Positions 12,083 to 25,504 are shown, numbered from the stretch's first letter. The stretch is DNA of 64,000 nt from Leucoraja ocellata (GCA_036785375.1 JAWMAR010000265.1:372001-436000), one strand, 5' to 3'. The notes: generated from the sequence alone by a model not told the origin. Made by a program: numbers and translations.

Positions 12083-14115
12083 AATCTTACATACTTGGCT
12101 AATAAATCATTTTTATCTTTAAACAATTGCAAATCATTTCGAACCAGTTTCCACACAGTATCCTGTCCTGTCAAGGTAACCATCCAAGTTCCTGTAAAGC
12201 AGTCAGTGTGAATTGTCACTCTATGGTCAAATGATGGCAGAATCAAGCTTGCCATTACTTGACCAGAGAGTGACAAATCACACTGACTGTTGCGACACAA
12301 GTCAATCTAAGCTCAGAGCTGGATAGATGTAGGTGTTCACCCTGCCAGCCACATTGGGTGAATTAAGAATTGGATGAAATAACTGACATTGAAACTTTCT
12401 TCCAATCTATATGATGAAGGCAGATATGATTTCAATACTTTTTTTCCCTGCTTCCATTAATACTTTGGCATTTCAAACTCTCGACATTATTGCTTACTTT
12501 TAGATTAATATGCAAGTGAATGGGTACCCTGATTTTATCAGGCTAAAATACTAAATTAATGAATTTGGAAACAAAAATGGATTTTGGGACCAGGATAAAA
12601 TGATTTCTGCTCTTTATGTCAAGATAAATTAATTGAGTTTTTTTATAGTTTTAATTATAAGCCAATTTGTACTATTTTATCAGCATATTTTAAGAACTCA
12701 GGTACACACAAAACATTAATACATTGTCCCCCAAGCATTTCTATATCGCGGTTGATAAATAGCTTTGCAATCTGTATTTCTCAATTATGCATTAAATTAT
12801 TCCCATGATTTACCTAAACTTCTTTAAAATAAACTGGCAAGCAGTGAATTTAAATGATTATTTAATCAGTTGGGCTTATGTTTGTATGTAATCAAAGAAT
12901 TATACATTGGAGCCATTTAAAATTCAAACCATATTTTTGTGACATTTTACTGGTGATCGTACAGTGAGAGACACACATTGTCAAGTGTTAAGCCGTTTTT
13001 ATTCTGTTCTATATGAAAAAAAAATCCTACTCCTCTTATAAATTCCATCAAATCCTGCTATCAATTTTTTCTCCGTCTGAAGGCTTCATCCTGTGGATCT
13101 CTCCATGGAAGCCATCAATACCAATCTTTTTGACCCACCATGAGCCAAATCTGACCAGTGAATAGAAAGCTATTTCCAATTAGCCTTCTCTTCTTTTTCC
13201 AGATACGGGACTAAAACTAGTTGTACGGTTGAATATTAGTCAAGGCATAGGTTCTAAAATTCACATCTGAATTACCAACATCATTACAGCACAAGTTTTA
13301 GAGACATTTTCATCTCAATTTACATTAAAAATGGAAATATGGTGCGCTAAAATGTTACCAATTTAATGAGTAATGATATCAATAGTACGACTATTGATAT
13401 GCATGAGATGAACAGTTTAAAATCGTAGCTTTGTTTTATCTGTAAGGGTTGGTGTAATGGGTTACTGAACACCTATAATGAGAAGAGAAAAGTGAACATT
13501 AGCAGCTGCTCTTTGAATACAAGGTTTGACTAGCAGCAGAAGCAAGTTCGAAATGCAAACCAATTTGTTTCCACTTCTAAGCTGGGCTTGTGCTGAATGG
13601 TTTAACCCCAGTGGCAATTCCCTGCTGACTGTTCTTTAACTCCAAAGATCCTGATTCATGTTCTAACAAAGCATCTCCTTGACTTTAAAGAATGACCAAA
13701 ACTTTACCTCGAAATAAAAGTCATGACATTTTGCCTCTTGTGCATAAAAATTATATATTGTAATTAAACTTTAAAATTTTTGCCATGAGCGCCTCATTCC
13801 CTGGCCCTATGATGTGAAATCATTTATGACAGCTTAGATAAATATTAATGCATATCCACATGCATTTGCAGAGGCTGTCATCAATCTAGCATTTGATACA
13901 AAAGTGATATTCCAAACTATGCCACAGGGTGTCTCTCTTGCTTTCCAACCACTTCAGAAATATGTTAAATCTCAATTTATAATTTAAAAGAAAAGATTAA
14001 AAGTATGAAAAAAATCAAGGTTAAAACACAGAAATTAGGATACATACAAAAATATCATTATTGTCAAGGCATTTGACAGCCACAGTACACATTTCATTGA
14101 AAACGGGGCAACCTA

Positions 14116-14280
<165 letters not shown>

Positions 14281-15301
14281 TTAGACTGACTACAAGACAC
14301 TGCTATTTTTCCCAAATGTAAAGTGAAACCAAGAGGTCATATTGATACGCAGAAATATTTCCAGCACATTTCAGCTCCTGATACAAAACATAGGACCGAG
14401 AAATACCAAATACTAAATTCCTTCTCATTTGTTTTTCCCATCTTTCATAGATGTTTTCCCTTCTTTCAAATTAGTTGGCTAAAGATGCTCTGAATGAGCT
14501 TTCAAGCATGTTTTATTAGTGATAATTACTCGAGCAAGTGCTGAATAAATGCAAAATATAAACCCCAAAGTACATCATCATCAAGATGAATGGGCCAGTT
14601 GCCTAACTAAGCGGTTTCTCCACAAAGAAGTGTTTTGCTTCTCTTAATACACCTGTGGCCTCTTTATATTATTATACAAGGCTATTAATTATACAGAACA
14701 AGGAGAAAGAAATATTAACCAACCCAATCATTCTGATGGAGAATTAATTTGCAAAGCAGTGAAATAAGCAAGCAGGAGGTCTCAGTGCAAGAAATGCTCA
14801 TCAATACCCTCATCAGGCAAATATTTCTGAGGTCAGTCTCTGAGTGCAGTGCCACTATTAAATTCCTCCCCATCGACAAGCCCATGGATCTAAACTCACT
14901 TTACATTGTAATACAGTACTGCAATGATTAGTGCAAATCAGTGGAAAGGACAGGCAGGTATATAAACAATAGCCAAGCAGAGACCAGAGGAACCAAATGG
15001 GCAGAATAAAAAAGGATATGTGTATGATTTAAAAGAGAAGTAATGAATTTTTAAAAGCACACACATCCATAACAGCAGGTTTTGATTTCAGATATCACAC
15101 AAGTAATTTGACGTAGATTTTTCGGAAAAGAAATGAGGAGCCAGATGCAGGAAAACAGCCAGTGATCCTTTACCTATCAAAGTGCACGGAATGTAGGATC
15201 ACCAAAGTGCACCCCTCTACCTATGATGTTCACCCTGCAGCATTCACGGCTCTTGTGAAAGGTTGCAGCTGGAACAGGAGGAATGGTGCAACCACGAGTT
15301 A

Positions 15302-15454
<153 letters not shown>

Positions 15455-16794
15455 CTAAAGTAAACAAAGAGGGGAAAAGAGCATTCCAACTTTTGTAAAA
15501 TAAAACCAAGGAGCAAATGAACAGCAATGTGACAAGAAACATGCTGAAATCAAATCCCTTTCGTCTTTAACTCTTTATATCTCAGTTTGACAAGCGATTC
15601 CTGCTACTAACCTACAAATTTGTCAATTATCTTTTTGTAACTTATCAAGCATTTTGTTTTTAATTACAGAAAAATGAGATTTTCAATGGGCATACTAAGA
15701 AACACTGGCAATTATAGTTCCGTTTTTAAAGTATTTTAAAATTTATCTACATTGTTCAGAAATTATACATTTTAAACATTAGAAAACCCAATGCCATTAA
15801 TATACATATTAGTTCTCCTTTTGAGCTGGCTGTAGGCTATGTACGTTGAACAGCAGCGTGAATAGCAAAACTGTACACCAATATCTGCCATTTGAACTGT
15901 CTATGATAACAAAGCTCTCAAAGCTATTTTAATAATAGCAATGTCAGAACCTTCTTTGCCTGCTGCCGGTCTAAATTGCAATATCTGTACAAATTACAGT
16001 ATCTTTGAAAATGCCAGTACAATTAGGTCGGGTCTGTTGTGTCCCTGATCAGCTCTTTGGGAAGGAGGGGGTGGCAGTTGGGGTAGTTAGGAATGATTGT
16101 GCAGTCCACTGAAATGACTGAACAGACCATCTTCTACATATAGTGTGAAAGGCAAGCAAATCAACTTGCAGTGCTAGTGCCACATATGTTACGGTCAAAC
16201 AAAGCCTAATGCAAATAAGCTTAAAAATCTCACTCTCTCTTCAAAACTAGAATAAGCAAACGATAAAGTTTGTTTGTGGTCTGCCAAGTTAACTGACATT
16301 TTACAAGAATGCCATACAGTTCAATGCAAATGCAATAGGTTCAAATAATATGATAATTAAACCACCTATTGTTAATTATTGCTTTTTGGCTGAATTTGGT
16401 ATAAAAAAAATATTCTCGCTGAATTGTTGATTTACAGCCACCAAATGTATTTACTGCTGAAATGTCTATAAATCTTACATATCGCCCAAGATCGCCCATA
16501 TGGGCTCAGTGGGAACATGATAAAATAGTAATTATTTGTCAACACACATTTTATTATTTCCATTAAATTTGATGTAATTGCTAATGTCCAATTTTTTACA
16601 AGATAATGAAAAATCTAAGCAGGAGACTTGATCATGAATGCTATTCTAATGCTACAATTAATAACTTGGGACAAATATGATCAGACTATTAAGATGCTCT
16701 ATAATATTTTCTACTTTTGTTTCTATGTATTGGGTTTGCTTTGAGAAAAGGATCCTGTAAAAAGAGAAGCATAAGCGGATCTTGCATCTGACCT

Positions 16795-16934
16795 NNNNNN
16801 NNNNNNNNNNNNNNNNNNNNNNNNNNNNNNNNNNNNNNNNNNNNNNNNNNNNNNNNNNNNNNNNNNNNNNNNNNNNNNNNNNNNNNNNNNNNNNNNNNNN
16901 NNNNNNNNNNNNNNNNNNNNNNNNNNNNNNNNNN
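16795..16934. other. N run (140 nt)
   Basis: Seen directly. Confidence 1.
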
Positions 16935-17691
16935 TCCCGAGCTGCAGTGATGAGACCAAGCTGAGATATTAAATCATCTTTCATTTCTGCATTTTCCCCC
17001 CAGTAAACCAGAGGACAAAACAATCAGAAAGTGTTACGATAATGAGTAATATATTGAACTGGAAATAAATGGTATTGAACATTTTAAAGTCTATATTTCA
17101 ATCATTTTGGATTGTTTCTCTACATCTAATTTAAAATTTACTCCACATTTGCAGTAATCGTATTCAGTTAAAAACCCATGAAATAACTAATAATTAAAAA
17201 ACAAAATACGCAGCATAATTTGGAAATTGGACGTGCTATTAGTCTTTTGCAGACATCCAGGTCTCTGATGGTCTCAGAATAATCTGCATTCCAAATCCAA
17301 ATTAATTCAGTTCAGTAAATCTGGTACTCAAATGTTTAATATGCTGATGAGCACAGCAAAAATGCTTGTAATGTAGATATGGTTTTGCCACATCTATTCT
17401 TCCCCACTACAAACATTTCCACTGATTATGCCAAATGACTTGTGGCTAACTGCTGTTTCATTCAGTTTTAAAATGAAAATTTGAAGTGCTTTTGCGATGT
17501 ACTGCCTGTCTTTATCTGTTGAACTACTCCCTTTCTGAGAGAAAAATACAGGGGGGAAAGGATACTGAGAGCACCCAATTTTGCTTCTTGTAAGTGCAAG
17601 ATAATGGATTTGTTTAGACAGGGATATGAATGAATTCTTTATCTCAGTAAATAAACTGTGTTTCTGTTCTGACAGGATAATATTCACTTAC

Positions 17692-17746
17692 TTTCCTTTA
17701 GTTCCAGCTGAGTGACCACAGCCCCGACTCCTGTGGCAGCTTCAGT
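17692..17746 (-). other. FOXP2: Candidate 55-nt frameshifting (poison) cassette exon in FOXP2 intron 13
   Basis: cacacag|ACTGAAGCT...AAAGGAAA|gtaagt; open in the exon 13 frame (TEAATGVGAVVTQLELKE), then PTC at 15438-15440. Confidence 0.65.
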
Positions 17747-18163
17747 CTGTGTGATGAGGTATGATGTGTACAAAAGGCACAGACCAAGACAAAACCTACA
17801 GCCTCCATTTGTTGCACAAGGCAAACAGCCATTTTTCAAACTAATTAGCCAATAATATGTGAAAGTAAAAAGTAATACGAAGCTACTAACAAAGGTGTTG
17901 ATGATTGAGTGCTCACACTGTAATTAGTGTGTCAGGCACTCACATCTCCACCAAGGCAAACCTATTAATTGCACTAAATTAGAAAACGATATCAGAGGCA
18001 AAATTATTCTTTCCACTTGTCATTTTGAGAAAGGGAATTCATTCTATTCAACAGCCAATTTGAAAAAGAGGGAAGTCTGATACTAATCTGTTTGTGTCAA
18101 GTAAATAAATGTCTTCAGTGCTATCTCCCAATACTGTGCCATGCTTCTGTAAAGTGGAGGTTA

Positions 18164-18295
<132 letters not shown>

Positions 18296-18392
18296 TCACA
18301 TTAAATAATTGTTTGGTAACTAAATAGAATGACACTTTTGCTGGAAACATTATTGAGGTAGTAATTAATTTTAAGCAGGCAGTACGTATTCA

Positions 18393-18503
<111 letters not shown>

Positions 18504-18912
18504 TCAAGTAAGCAGGGCAATGTCCTGATGTAGAAGGATTGACAATTCACAATCAGTGCAAATTATTTATTTTGACGTTGTTTATTTTAGCATAACTTTG
18601 CCAGTAGTAAATTAAACAAAAAACAACACCTTGTCCCCCTTTCTACCCTTCCCATCTACTTAGTCCTTCCATGTGGCTTAGAAGCTGTTCTGGAGCAAGC
18701 ATCCTTTTAATAACAGCTAGGGGGGTGCACAGACTTCTCTATAGACACCAAAACTGGCATGTGAATTATCCAAACACAGACAGGATCACTCCAGGTCACT
18801 CTCCCCTCCACCACTTGGGGAGTGATATTGGCCTAGAAATGAGACAATGCCAAATCAGGGTGCAATCAGTTGCATTGACCACCATAAACTATCCTGCATT
18901 AATGTAGAGTTA

Positions 18913-19126
18913 TGCCCGTCCCACTTAGGAAACCTGAACGGAAACCTCTGAAAACGTTGCGCCCCACCCAAGGTTTCCGTGCAGTTCCCGGAGCTTGCAG
19001 GTGGTTGCAGGTGGTGGAAGCAGGTAGGGAGACTGACAAAAACATCCGGGATCCGTGTGGAAAACTTGGGTGGGGCGCAAAGTCTCCAGTGGTTTCCGTT
19101 CAGGTTTCCTAAGTGGGACAGGGGTA
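18913..19126. mobile_element. MITE with about 65-bp terminal inverted repeats (PIF/Harbinger-like ends)
   Basis: gtcccacttaggaaacctgaacggaaacc...ccccacccaag is mirrored at 19055-19120. Confidence 0.85.
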
Positions 19127-19354
19127 TTATAAGCATCAGCCAGATGCCAGTTAGAGTTGGGTGGCAAGTATGACTGGCTGCAACTGGATGGAAAGGGGCA
19201 ACTCAGGACAATACAGGCACAAGAAAGGGAGAGGGGGTTTTGAGGATCATCAGCAGATGTAACAGAAATCCAGGATAGTGCCTGCTCCACCCGCCTCTGC
19301 GGAAGACAAATATAAATAATTACCGGTGGTGAATTATTTTGAGTATTGCTGGTC

Positions 19355-19858
19355 ATTCCATTACAGGAAAGACGTGAAGGCTTTGGAGAGGGTGTAGAGA
19401 AGGTTTACCAGAATGCTGCCCATATTAGAAGGTTTCAACTGCAGGGAGAGGTTGGATAGACTTGGATTGTTTTCTCTGGAAAGTCGAGGTTGAGGGGAAA
19501 CATGATAGTTATATTAAATGATGAGAGGCATAGATAGGTTAGACAGTTGGAACCTTTTTTCTAGGGTGGAAATGTCCAACACAAGAAGGCATAGCTATAA
19601 AACGAGAAGGGGAAAGTTGAATGGAGATATGCGGGCCAAGTTTGTTTTTACACAGAAGGTGGTGGAGCCTGGAACATTGCACGGGTGGTAGCAGAGGCAG
19701 GTAGGATAGTGGAGTTTAAGAGGCTTTTAGATAGGCATGTGGAAATGCTGGGAATATAGGGATTTGGATCACGTACAGGCAAGTGTGATCAGTTTAACTT
19801 AGCATCATGTTCGCTCAACCATTGTGTGCTTAAGGGTCCATTCCTGTGCTATACTGTT
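19355..19858 (+). mobile_element. CR1 LINE 3' fragment
   Basis: ggattgttttctctggaaagtcgaggttgaggggaaacatgatag, then CR1-type tail. Confidence 0.8.
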
Positions 19859-20254
19859 TAATGAAAAGAATCAGGCTCTTTAAGGATTGGTGTTACAGCA
19901 ACACTGAAAATGTGTTCCTGCCACATGCCGAGTCAATCGTGAACACGTGTAATGAAACTATACAAAACTGGCCTCAAACAGCCATGATGCCTCATTCTCC
20001 TTCTTCAGGCAGGACCACAGACGAGCTTTAAACATTATAGGAAACGGCACACCTCCACTCTGAAACCAGCATACAAATCGCATGCCATATTAGATCCACA
20101 GGCAGCTGCATTATGCCTGTAAATTGGGACTAGTAACATCACATTTCTAGGCCATTGTAAAATCTCTCTCTCTCTCTCTATGCCTCTCACTGGAGCAGCT
20201 CAACTGAAAACTAATGAAACAAAACTAACTGATGCAGGTGGTTTCAAGTGTCAA

Positions 20255-20322
20255 GCAGTGCTGGGATTTGAACTCTCAGCCATCTGGATGGGAGCCAAGT
20301 GCTCAGCCACTTAAGCTACTGA
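20255..20322 (-). mobile_element. Degenerate tRNA-derived SINE head
   Basis: Minus strand TAGCTTAAGTGG (A-box-like) and GAGTTCAAATCC (B-box-like) at tRNA spacing. Confidence 0.5.
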
Positions 20323-20876
20323 ACTGAAAATATTTTTCAGTCTATGCAAAAAATATTGACAAAATGCTTATTGCATGGTTCTTTACAATTATCCTGTTAC
20401 CATTCATGATGTGTTAAAAATTGGGATCCAAGAATACAATTTCTGTTGAAAGCACAGGGCAGGATAATGTCATTTTTAAACTGAGTTGAACTGAAATTTT
20501 ATGTTACTAAATCATCAACATATGCAGATTTTTAAAAATCTGTTTGATGTCCGGTTTGAAATCATTTTTATTTAATGTACATTATATGCAATTTCTTCAA
20601 GAAGTATTCAAATGGCAATATCATTCTACCCTTTCTTACTCTCTCACACACACCCCAAATATCGGAAAGCAGTTTTCAAATAAAGGTGTTCCATATAATT
20701 TGATCTGTGGGCAATGGTTTTAACCTGGTTTAAGTTCAATCTACTTCTGGCAACAAAGGGGATATTATCTCTTTATCCAATATTCAAAACATATTGAGTA
20801 CTTCAATTAAATGAAAAAATATTAAAGCTCTTTGTAAGACAAATACTCATTCTGCTACTGGTGCTTAGAATCCTAC

Positions 20877-21078
20877 CTGATGAAATGGGAATGTTGTACT
20901 TATCACCATGTCTTCTTCGAATTGGTCCCACATTGTGCACGTTGGCTGGAGTGATTACGGAGGGTCCTTGCGTGACAGGGGTGACTGGGGCTGTTGGTGT
21001 GGTGGGAGTCTGAGGTAAACTCTGTGGGGATGTCTCTGAAATGTTCTTAGACATTGTGACACTCGACACCAGATTCAG
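20877..21078 (-). CDS. FOXP2: FOXP2 exon 11 ([19 protein letters not shown]...[14 protein letters not shown]); completes PLNLV CtBP-binding motif
   Basis: 202 nt, long pyrimidine tract then ctcag|, G|gtagga donor, phase 0-1. Confidence 0.97.
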
Positions 21079-23088
21079 CTGAGGAGGCCCAAGAGGAGGA
21101 GTGGGGAAAAGCAGAGACAGGAGAAAGAAGGCTTTAACAGGTTTGACAAACGAGAGTGGTTTCACTTCTACAGCTGTGTTGCCACTAATAAGCAGCAAAG
21201 GAAGCAGCCAATCTCAGCTAATTACAGGATGAAATTGTATCATAAGAACTCTAATTAGAGGATGCTGTTAGAGATTATCTAATGATCTGATCCAACATTA
21301 CTCAGGCCCAACTCATTCTAGTTTATCCCAACTGTCTCTCCCTAATAAAAGCGGCTACCAAAGTTCCAGGCTTGTGGCTGTCTATTCATAAGGGCTGAAA
21401 AACAAAGCAGATTATCAAAGGATCCAGTTACTGCAAAGGGGACTGGAAATAGTTGCTGCTACTCCACTACTGCTGCTGCAGTTCTTGCATCGTCCCAAAT
21501 CTCAGCTGAGAAGCTGCAGCCAGCTGGAAAATGTTACACTGACCTTTGCTCTCACTGCTAATTTGGTGGAATGGTAATGACATTACTACATATTCAAACA
21601 AAATTGTCTTAATTGCAAATTAGCCAGAGGAGGCTGAAATTTTTCAAATTAAATATGATTGTAGATGGCGAGTGGAATGAAATTTCTTCACTAACAATCA
21701 TTTGTGGCATGTGTTAGCAAATATAATGAAATGTCAAGTTTGCCAATTCCTCTGGAAGTATCATTTTCAATTTATGATTACAGTGTCAGTTATTGCTGAT
21801 GTACCCTGGAATATGGGTGTCAGGGAAGAAAAAGGAAAAGAAGGAAAAAATGATGCACATTATTTAACAGTGTGTCCTTCACCTACTTCTACCAATAAAA
21901 TTCCATATCCATTAATGAAAAAAAATTAATGTCACCTCTTTTATATTTACCACACATCCATTGTCATAAAGAGCATCTAATTAAGAAAATTTACACTCAC
22001 CCACTGTGAAAAGATTTCTGCCAAATTATTAAGTGATGCTCTTAATGGCTAATTTGTAGTCATTTTCAATCTATTCTGGAGGATAATTTCTCGATTTGGG
22101 AAAACTGTAATGTTATCTTGTCATTGCACAAAACTAGAAAATCAGGAATTGTGCAGGAAATTGCCACTGACTAAAGTAATTCAGGCACAGCTGTTGTTCC
22201 AAATATTATGTATTCATCTATAGAAAAACACCTTTTTCATTTGGTGTAGATTATGCATTTAACATTGATTGATCTTACTTTGAGGATTTGTTTTACATGT
22301 TTAGAGAGTAGAAAAATTTGTTAAAGAAACAAAAATTAACATATGCCAGCTAATTGTTCTGCATTCTTGGGTAGGAGCCAGGAGAAGCTCACTGGCAGTC
22401 TAATAACAGCGCCTGGCACCCCTGAAGGCAATCCCTAGTGCATCTGTTCCCAATAAACCACAAACTGTTTTATTCTACTGCTACCCACAGCTTGCAGCCT
22501 GACGTGTGAAATCCACTTATGTTTATATATAAATTTCACGGTGACTCAAATACTGTAACTATCCTAATAAATAAACAAGACCGTGTTAAAAAATTATAAA
22601 AAAATCATACCACTTTACAATTCATTTACATATTGCATTCAAGGAAACATTTTACAAAGCTTCAACGCATTCATGTAATAAAAAAACTAATAATTTTCTT
22701 ATTTGAAATTTGATTGTAAGTCTACTTGCTTAATGGGTTTCTGGATAAATCAGCTATTTGATTAGGATTTTTTTTTTAAATTTAAATCTCAAATTAACTA
22801 GCTTGTGAAAATTACATAAATACTGTTCAAAATAATATTCACAATTCTGTACACCAAGATCATTTTCAATTATAAAAGTTCATAAAATCACCATCATTAA
22901 AAAAAATGCAGTGACTTATCTACTGTAGCTGATTATGTTTACAGGGTTATGATAATTTATTTTATCTTAGAGTAATAACAAGCAGAACATGTTTCTGGAT
23001 GGCACTCATGTTCTGATAAAATAGAATTTATTAAAGCTAAATAAGGAAAAGCATGTAAAAGCTGGGATGAGCACTTAGCTACCTCAAC

Positions 23089-23252
23089 NNNNNNNNNNNN
23101 NNNNNNNNNNNNNNNNNNNNNNNNNNNNNNNNNNNNNNNNNNNNNNNNNNNNNNNNNNNNNNNNNNNNNNNNNNNNNNNNNNNNNNNNNNNNNNNNNNNN
23201 NNNNNNNNNNNNNNNNNNNNNNNNNNNNNNNNNNNNNNNNNNNNNNNNNNNN
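23089..23252. other. N run (164 nt)
   Basis: Seen directly. Confidence 1.
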
Positions 23253-24329
23253 TGTTCATGTGCTGATAGCTGTTAAGGGTGTAGTGATGAACCAACAGAG
23301 CTCATTTTGCCTTGGTAATAAATTCATACTATTAATATTTATCAAATGTGTGGGCTGTCTCAACTGAGCCACTGCATATGAGGACATAAATCAGTACTAT
23401 CATATCAATTATGGAGCTCTTTTTGTGCAGTATATAAATTTTAGAGTTCTTTTTGTATACTGGTCCCCTTTTCAACCATTCAAAGGCTAACAGTGCCATG
23501 TAATACATTGTAGAGAGCACAAGTGTCCAGTGGGAAGAGGAAAAGACTGGTTTCAATTCGACTTGCTCATCTAAGGATTCCCTATTAATTACCCATCATC
23601 AAATGCAATTAGACATTCTTTCATGTGTGGTTTATGTAATGTAATACTTGAGTTACATTATTCAAGTTCAGTTTTAGAATATAAGCTGAAGATCCTTTAT
23701 TAGTGCAGATCTTACCACACTGTTGGACTTTTACAAATTTACTAATTGAATAATTTATTTATAAAGAATGAGCTGCAGATTCCTGATGGATTTACTCAAT
23801 AAGAATTTTATCTTTAAACTTTATGTACTGGTGAATGCAATATGGAATAAGAAGTGATCAGAGTATTATTCATTTAAAATAAATGAATAAAGCAGTGTAT
23901 TAAACCAAGTTGTCTTTCAACAACATTGCTCCTCCCCCATTTTAATTAAGCTGCAACAAAATTCTTAATACAAATTAGAAATTGGGGCTATTAATTTCCC
24001 AAGTAATTTGTCTGTCTGGGGATTCGAACTCACAACCAGAAGGTCACGAGTTGGATTTCCTAAGGTGTTCGTCACCTGAATACAATTTCCTTAGTCGAGG
24101 TGTTATCAGTTTTCAGTTGAGCTAAATGATGCTGTAGTGCAGAGAGCAATGTATGTGATATCAGTCAGAAGGGGGTCAGCACTGCCTAGTTGCATCTCCT
24201 GTTAGTCAATAACAAAGCACTACTTGTCATCGTCATGAGAAAGCTCTTGCTCTCGACTATCCCTATCCTCACATGCTCACGGACTTGTTAGCAACAAGCA
24301 TTCTCCAAGGGATAAGGGGAAAAGACATA

Positions 24330-24627
24330 TATGTGTGTGTGTGTGCGTGTACGTGTACGTGTGTGGGCGTGTGGGCCTGTGCATATGTGTGGGCCTGTGT
24401 GTGTGTGCGCGTGCGTGTGTGCACGTGTGTGTGTGTGCGTGTGTGGCCTGTGTGGGTGAGGGCCTGTGTGTGTGCGCCTGTGTGTGCGCATATGTGCGCA
24501 CGTGCGTGAGTGTGTGTGTGCGCATGTGTGCGTGTGTGCGCGTGCCGTGTGTGCGTGCGCGTGTGTGTGGGCCTGTGTGTGTGCGCTCGTGTGTGTGTGT
24601 GTGGGCCCGTGCGTGTGTGCGCGTGTA
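24330..24627. repeat. Imperfect (GT/GC)n microsatellite, about 300 bp
   Basis: Alternating purine-pyrimidine tract with recurring gtgggcct interruptions; source of four spurious ORFs. Confidence 0.95.
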
Positions 24628-25095
24628 TAAAACAGTTCAGTTTGGCAGAACAAGTGCAGTTTTGATTACAGGAATTGAAACAATATTATGTGTGTTTCTC
24701 CCCTAATTGTCCAACACAGACTTGCAGTGGAATGAGCGACCCTTCTCACCAAGCCAATTTTACCATATAGTGTTTAACTGATGCTGAACTTCTTTAGGCA
24801 AGGTTGGGAGTGGTGGAGGAGTTTAAATTGACACTTGAACATCTCTGAAAGTAACAAAGCATTTTCAAAGTTTAAAGATCAAAGAATCATGTTTTGCATC
24901 CAATCTAACTTATACTAAACTAACATACTAAAGGCACAAAATTCATCATGATGGTTTTAATTTTATTTCATTTATCAAGCAAGGTATTCACAACAAGAAC
25001 TTTCATTTTGACAGTTCATACCGGGTATGCTTTAAAATAAAATGCTTTAGATACTATTTCGGCAGGCAGTAAATTCTAGTACTTCACCTTTAAGT

Positions 25096-25164
25096 AACTC
25101 CATTCAATGTCTTTCCAGTAATGACATAAGAACTCCATTCAATGCTTTGCCAGTAATGACATAG
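25096..25164. repeat. Tandem duplication, about 35 bp x2
   Basis: aactccattcaatgtctttccagtaatgacata / aactccattcaatgctttgccagtaatgacata. Confidence 0.9.
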
Positions 25165-25504
25165 CTATATAGCAGTGCAATTGATGCCCAATAAAATTCT
25201 CTTCGCTAGCAAAGTGTATTTGTAAATCCATCAAAATAAAATGTTCTAACAATTCAGCAGTCATCTCAAGTCAGTTATTTGTCACAAGTGAAGTATATTA
25301 CTTTGTCAAAGTAGAATGTAGCATGTCTATTTTATTTCAACAAAAAGCTATCTACTAACATTGTTCATAACCACACGTAATGCTTAAGTTTTGGTATAAC
25401 CATTCTATATGGAAACTGTTGAGACAATTGTTTATTTTTATGGTATGTAATATTTATTATATGCTGTGATCTCTGTTCAATGAATTGTTGAATATTAAAC
25501 TTAC

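Noticed and set aside
18913-19126. Long hairpin as a miRNA or structured ncRNA
   Set aside because: Better explained as MITE terminal inverted repeats.
20255-20322. Functional tRNA gene (also the B-box-like motif near 24017-24040)
   Set aside because: Cloverleaf stems do not pair fully; fits decayed SINE heads.
20803-21198. 131-aa ORF extending exon 11 upstream by 40 codons
   Set aside because: The extension is the pyrimidine tract; upstream AGs are not in phase 0, so no in-frame extended exon is supported.
24273-24706. Cys/Val- and His/Thr-rich ORFs
   Set aside because: Translations of the GT microsatellite.
25096-25164. 35-bp repeat pair as a CRISPR-like array
   Set aside because: Two adjacent copies with no spacer in a vertebrate intron; a simple tandem duplication.
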